A DNA stretch of 45,043 bases from IMG/VR virus record IMGVR_UViG_3300028549_000749, positions 1 through 45,043 of that record; one strand, 5' to 3'. A program made the translations under genes and the position numbers. This DNA comes from a virus. The notes below the pieces were generated by a model. That model had not been told where the DNA came from. It did no database searches and worked only from the letters and a program-made list of their open reading frames with translations. Positions 41,607 through 45,043 of the stretch are shown here, one piece after another (the stretch's first letter is position 1; the number at the start of each line of letters is the position of its first letter).

Positions 41607-41963
41607 ATGGAAAGCATTATAGCAACAAAAATGACAGGCCCAGGTGCAAGACCAATATTTATTCTTGAGCTGGAGAAAGGTGACGCAACTTTCACTTTTC
41701 TCCAGAACACAAATCCTCTCTTGATAATCAATAACATGTCGGACGAGATTAGAGATATCAATATCAGCGGCAAGAATGCAAAGTCGAAGGTCGTGTCTGG
41801 AATAGGAGATGTTGACCTGTCACGAGGGTATAATGCCGGAGAGATATTACCGCATGGAAGCGTAGCAATTCCGCTTAATTCCATTTGTGCTTATTTCGAT
41901 GGTAAAATATCTTTAACCTCAAACGGGCAGGGAGTGACAGCTTCGCTCCTTGAAATGTCATAA
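41607..41963 (+). CDS. Hypothetical structural protein (118 aa)
   Basis: Operon context. RBS agcggag. Confidence 0.55.
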   Translation: MESIIATKMTGPGARPIFILELEKGDATFTFLQNTNPLLIINNMSDEIRDINISGKNAKSKVVSGIGDVDLSRGYNAGEILPHGSVAIPLNSICAYFDGKISLTSNGQGVTASLLEMS

Positions 41964-41974
41964 AGGATAAATAA

Positions 41975-42394
41975 ATGGCGCTTACCCCAGGAACAGACAC
42001 TTACAACACCGAGGCTGAACTTGCGACATATGCCGTTGCAAGGAGCTTGACTCTAACTATGGAGCCAAGCCTGACGCTCTTGAAAGCCATGGACTACATC
42101 GAGTCAAGGCGTTTCTCTGGCGCAAAGACAGATTCAGAGCAGCCCCTTGAGTTCCCCCGGAACGGCGGGGAGTATGTTCCGGGGAGTATTAAAAAGGTCC
42201 AACTCGTTATCGCTTGCCTCATTGACTCTGGCGTTGATATGTTCTCCCCGATTGAACGGGCAATCAAAAAAGAAAAGGTAGATGTGCTGGAAACCGAATA
42301 CCAAACCAATGCAACGGAATATGTCAGGTATCCAGAGGTTGAAGCACTTTTGACACCATTTATGATGGCAGGAATCGAGGTTAATAATGATTGA
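41975..42394 (+). CDS. Head-tail connector (gp6-like / DnaT-like adaptor)
   Basis: YNTEAELATYAVARSL...LLKAMDYIESRRFSGAKTDSEQPLEFPRNG fits the gp6-like adaptor pattern (..A..yi....f.G.k......L.fPR). Confidence 0.55.
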   Translation: MALTPGTDTYNTEAELATYAVARSLTLTMEPSLTLLKAMDYIESRRFSGAKTDSEQPLEFPRNGGEYVPGSIKKVQLVIACLIDSGVDMFSPIERAIKKEKVDVLETEYQTNATEYVRYPEVEALLTPFMMAGIEVNND

Positions 42395-42722
42395 TCGTAA
42401 TCTAAAGCTTGCTGTTAAGATGATCAAATCCAATGGTAGATCCGTTGGTCTGGTATCGTACGTGAACAGCGGGACTGATTACGATCCAACATTGACCTCA
42501 ACGACAACGACCACCAAGGCCGTGCAGTCCAATTTCAACACTTTCCAGGTTGACGGCACGGTTATCCTTGCAACAGATCGCAAGTATCTTTTTGCCGGAG
42601 ATGTTGAACCGGCAATTGGAATGGATGTTTTGGACGGAGGCATAACGTACAAGATTAAAAACGTCTGGCAGGTCAAGCCAGGGGACACTTTAATCTTGTC
42701 CAAGGTCCAGGCGGGATTATGA
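42387..42722 (+). CDS. Head-closure / head-tail joining protein candidate
   Basis: Position between the adaptor and the gp10-like gene. ATGA overlap. Confidence 0.45.
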   Translation: MIDRNLKLAVKMIKSNGRSVGLVSYVNSGTDYDPTLTSTTTTTKAVQSNFNTFQVDGTVILATDRKYLFAGDVEPAIGMDVLDGGITYKIKNVWQVKPGDTLILSKVQAGL

Positions 42723-43150
42723 CGGTATCTTTGGTTGAAACAGTAAACTTGTTTTCTAAAAGCCTTACACGGGATCTTAAAAAGATCATCCCGCAAATAA
42801 GGATTGAAGCAGCAGCGGGGCTGATTAACAGAACCCCGATTGATACCGGCCTTGCCCGTGGAAACTGGCAATCGTCAATAGGATCTCCAATTACTTCAAA
42901 AACAGATCGGCTTGACACCGAGGCTGGGACAGCACCAACGGGTGGATCGGGGGTTTCTATGCGTGAAGCCACAAGCGTTGCACATCAAGATATTGAGAAG
43001 GATTTTTATGTCACCAACAACGTGGATTACATTCGGGATCTTGAGTTTGGAGCATCAAAGCAGGCAAGCGGGATGGTAAGGCTTACGGTCGCAGACTTTC
43101 CCTTGATCGTAGCGGATGCGGTGAGGGAGGCTAATAATGGCAACGGTTAA
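42719..43150 (+). CDS. HK97 gp10-family tail-completion protein
   Basis: INRTPIDTGLARGNWQSSIG matches the gp10 family motif (tPvDTG.lr..w). Confidence 0.6.
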   Translation: MTVSLVETVNLFSKSLTRDLKKIIPQIRIEAAAGLINRTPIDTGLARGNWQSSIGSPITSKTDRLDTEAGTAPTGGSGVSMREATSVAHQDIEKDFYVTNNVDYIRDLEFGASKQASGMVRLTVADFPLIVADAVREANNGNG

Positions 43151-43535
43151 CTCAATATTCTTTGATGCTGTTAAGTCGGCGGCAGGTTCGATCAAGGTCG
43201 CATTGCCCAATATTTATTTTGATCCCGGCCTCCTTGACTCGTATTATGGGATCTTGGTGGCACTTGGCCGCAAGTCGGCGGTTGACCTTGTGAGGATAAA
43301 CAAGCAGGGCGGCTTTTGCCAGGTGTCGTGCTACGTTCGTGAAAAAGTAGGGGAAATAAAGGCTGTGGCCATGGCTGAAACCATGATAGCGGCCTTTCCA
43401 AGAAACACAAAATTTAAAGCAACTGACTTTGTGATAGACCTGGTGCAACCGGCGTACTATTCGCAAGGTTTGACAACTAACAATGGATGGTATATGGTTC
43501 CTGTAACGATACCATATATTGTGCATAACTTTTAA
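43137..43535 (+). CDS. Tail terminator candidate
   Basis: Position immediately upstream of the tail tube gene. Confidence 0.45.
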   Translation: MATVNSIFFDAVKSAAGSIKVALPNIYFDPGLLDSYYGILVALGRKSAVDLVRINKQGGFCQVSCYVREKVGEIKAVAMAETMIAAFPRNTKFKATDFVIDLVQPAYYSQGLTTNNGWYMVPVTIPYIVHNF

Positions 43536-43546
43536 AGGAAAATATT

Positions 43547-44035
43547 ATGGCATTACAAGTAGGGCCGGTAACATCGGCAGGTGCAAAGCTTTATGTGGTA
43601 GCAGCCGGGGCGCTCCCTGCAACATTTGACGAGGCAGGCTATGAAGCCCTCACTTATGTTGAGTGCGGTTACATCACAGAGATCCCCGAGTTTGGTGAAA
43701 CTTACAATATCAACACTCTAAACATCCTTGGCTCCAGAATCGTGACCAAGGCAAAAGGATCTGTTGACCCTGGTTCCCTTGCCCTGCCTATGGCACGTGT
43801 AGCCGGTGATCCTGGACAGGCAATCCTTGATGGTGCAAGGGACGATGATAGATCATTCTCTTTTAAGGTCACGCTGTCCGATGACTTCACGCCTACCACA
43901 GGACATCCAACAACGGCTTACTTTACAGGCAAGATTTCAGGTTACCCCATCAATATCGGTGGTGTTGATGGCTTTGTAATGTCAACAGTCACCATTGCGA
44001 TTGACCGTATCCCGGTAATCTCAGTAGCAGAATAA
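43547..44035 (+). CDS. Major tail (tube) protein
   Basis: 162 aa, upstream of the chaperone pair and tape measure. RBS aaaggaaaatattATG. Confidence 0.75.
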   Translation: MALQVGPVTSAGAKLYVVAAGALPATFDEAGYEALTYVECGYITEIPEFGETYNINTLNILGSRIVTKAKGSVDPGSLALPMARVAGDPGQAILDGARDDDRSFSFKVTLSDDFTPTTGHPTTAYFTGKISGYPINIGGVDGFVMSTVTIAIDRIPVISVAE

Positions 44036-44045
44036 TAACAAAAGC

Positions 44046-44063
44046 GCCGCATGCGGGTGCGGC
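44046..44063 (+). other. GC-rich hairpin after the tail tube gene
   Basis: gccgca-tgcggg-tgcggc with no U-tract. Confidence 0.35.
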
Positions 44064-44090
44064 ATGATCTAACAATAGAAAGGAACCATC

Positions 44091-44471
44091 ATGGCCAACT
44101 TTACAATTGGAACAAAACTTAACGAAACTACAAGAGTATATTTGCTTGACATCGGAACTGATGATTTTATAAAAACAGCATCCGGTGAAAAAATGTACAT
44201 GGAAATTTGCTCTGCGGACTCAAAGAAATACCGTAAGGTGCTTGCTTCCCTGGTTTCCGAGAATGAAAAACGAAGAACCAACAAAAAGTCTAACGACGAG
44301 ATTATCACCGAGGTTCTTGCCGGATGCGTGGCATCTTGGAATGTTGAAACAGAAGACGGACCTTTGCCATTGACCATCCAGAATGCCATTGACTTTTTTG
44401 AAGCAAACCGTACACTCCGGGAGTTGGGGGTTGAGTCTCAACACGACCGCAAAATTTTTTTGCAGAAGTAG
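44091..44471 (+). CDS. Tail assembly chaperone (gpG analogue)
   Basis: Position between the tube and tape-measure genes. Ends 8 nt after a T7 slippery run. Confidence 0.8.
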   Translation: MANFTIGTKLNETTRVYLLDIGTDDFIKTASGEKMYMEICSADSKKYRKVLASLVSENEKRRTNKKSNDEIITEVLAGCVASWNVETEDGPLPLTIQNAIDFFEANRTLRELGVESQHDRKIFLQK

Positions 44472-44926
44472 AGGCAAACCTAAAACTTTATATTCAACAT
44501 CTGGCATGGCTGCACGCCACGCCTGAAAAGGAAAAACAGTCAAGGATGGAAACCTTTAAAAAGCAAGCCGGAATCCATCCTTTACTCGAAATGCCGACAT
44601 TGGAAAGCCACTCATATATCATTGAGTGGCTTTTTGACATTGGCCCTATGATGTACTCCAGCATGGGATCAAGCCCGATATCATACCAGGAGATAGAATC
44701 GTGGAGAGACGGGATAGAACTCAGCCATTGGGAAAAGTCCACACTCAAAGGCCTTTCCGCCGAGTACATGAACTGGCTGCAAAAGGGGGCCAAGAAAGAT
44801 TGCCCGGTCCCATACTCAGCCCTGGTAATGACTCCAGAAAAGCAAACCAAAATATCAAACAGCCTTAGCGATTTCTTTACCCGCCTTGCATCCAAACCAA
44901 GTCAAGGATTAGGAGCAGTAAAATGA
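44091..44926 (+). CDS. Tail assembly chaperone, -1 frameshift fusion (gpGT analogue)
   Basis: The -1 frame is open, with no stop, from the slippery site (44456) through the 44546-44926 ORF. I checked this codon by codon. The fusion ends in an ATGA overlap with the tape-measure start. Confidence 0.7.
44456..44462 (+). promoter_or_regulatory. -1 programmed ribosomal frameshift slippery heptamer T_TTT_TTG
   Basis: In the zero frame this reads att ttt ttg, within aaaattttttt g. Confidence 0.65.
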
Positions 44927-45043
44927 GCGATACAGTAGCAAGCCTTGGAATAAAAGTCACAACAGAAGGAGTCACAAAGGCTGATACCGAGCTAAAGAAA
45001 TTAGCCACGGCCTCTGAAAAGTCTGAAAAAGCTATTGAAAAAA
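44879..45043. repeat. Terminal overlap, copy 2 (identical to 1-165)
   Basis: Exact 165-nt match to the window start. Confidence 0.95.
44923..45043 (+). CDS. Tape measure protein 5' end (duplicate of 45-165 caused by the circular overlap; partial)
   Basis: Identical sequence to 45-165. Confidence 0.9.
   Translation, partial: MSDTVASLGIKVTTEGVTKADTELKKLATASEKSEKAIEK

Larger units (their letters stand above)
1..44878. mobile_element. Complete tailed-phage genome unit (siphovirus-like: tail tube + chaperone pair + tape measure, no sheath gene seen)
   Basis: Full packaging, head, tail, lysis, recombination and replication gene set. The ends of the window overlap exactly by 165 nt, which implies a circular or circularly permuted unit of 44,878 bp. 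Confidence 0.85.

Noticed and set aside
1-45043. Search for integrase/recombinase, CI-type repressor, tRNA genes, reverse transcriptase (retron/DGR) and toxin-antitoxin pairs
   Set aside because: No ORF shows the corresponding motifs by eye, and all ORFs over 250 aa are otherwise assigned. Absence needs confirmation by profile searches.

Overview
The window holds one complete, circularly closed genome of a tailed dsDNA phage. The unit length is 44,878 bp, and nt 1-165 recur exactly at 44,879-45,043. The tape-measure gene that opens the window therefore continues the tail module that closes it.

Architecture:
- Late (+) operon, wrapping the junction: membrane proteins, TerS, TerL, portal, scaffold, major capsid, connector proteins, tail tube, a frameshifted chaperone pair, a 2,192-aa tape measure, tail tip and fibre, then the lysis genes. 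It runs 33,297 -> 45,043/1 -> 10,219.
- Leftward accessory operon (13,375 -> 10,264): RHH-Rha and RHH-Ant regulator pairs.
- Long leftward early operon (23,541 -> 14,784): ERF annealase, YqaJ exonuclease, Rha, NinB, HNH, a second RHH-Rha pair, SNF2 helicase, DNA methyltransferase and a RyR-domain protein.
- Rightward early/replication operon (23,792 -> 32,457): Xis-like HTH, Zn-ribbon proteins, Ant, Cro-like HTH, initiator with internal iterons, DnaB, nuclease and an SSB-like protein.
- A small leftward island at 33,146 -> 32,491.

I found no integrase, CI/S24 repressor, tRNA or CRISPR array.

The most unusual element is a self-contained + strand cassette at 13,451-14,767, wedged between the two leftward operons. 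It has its own promoter and a ~120-nt structured leader. The leader folds as a three-way junction followed by an intrinsic terminator, with built-in alternative pairings. Three orphan genes follow:
- a 186-aa protein with two Cys triplets (QCCCE...KCCCE);
- a Zn-ribbon protein;
- a 68-aa two-helix mini-ferritin whose E-x6-Y-x22-E-x2-H spacing matches encapsulated ferritin.

Other points worth a second look:
- a consensus promoter buried in a 20-bp inverted repeat;
- duplicated terminator/promoter composites;
- putative leaderless starts;
- ori-like iterons phased at ~11 bp inside the initiator gene;
- the very long, internally repetitive tape measure.

All functional calls rest on motif recognition by eye and on gene order. 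No database search was run.
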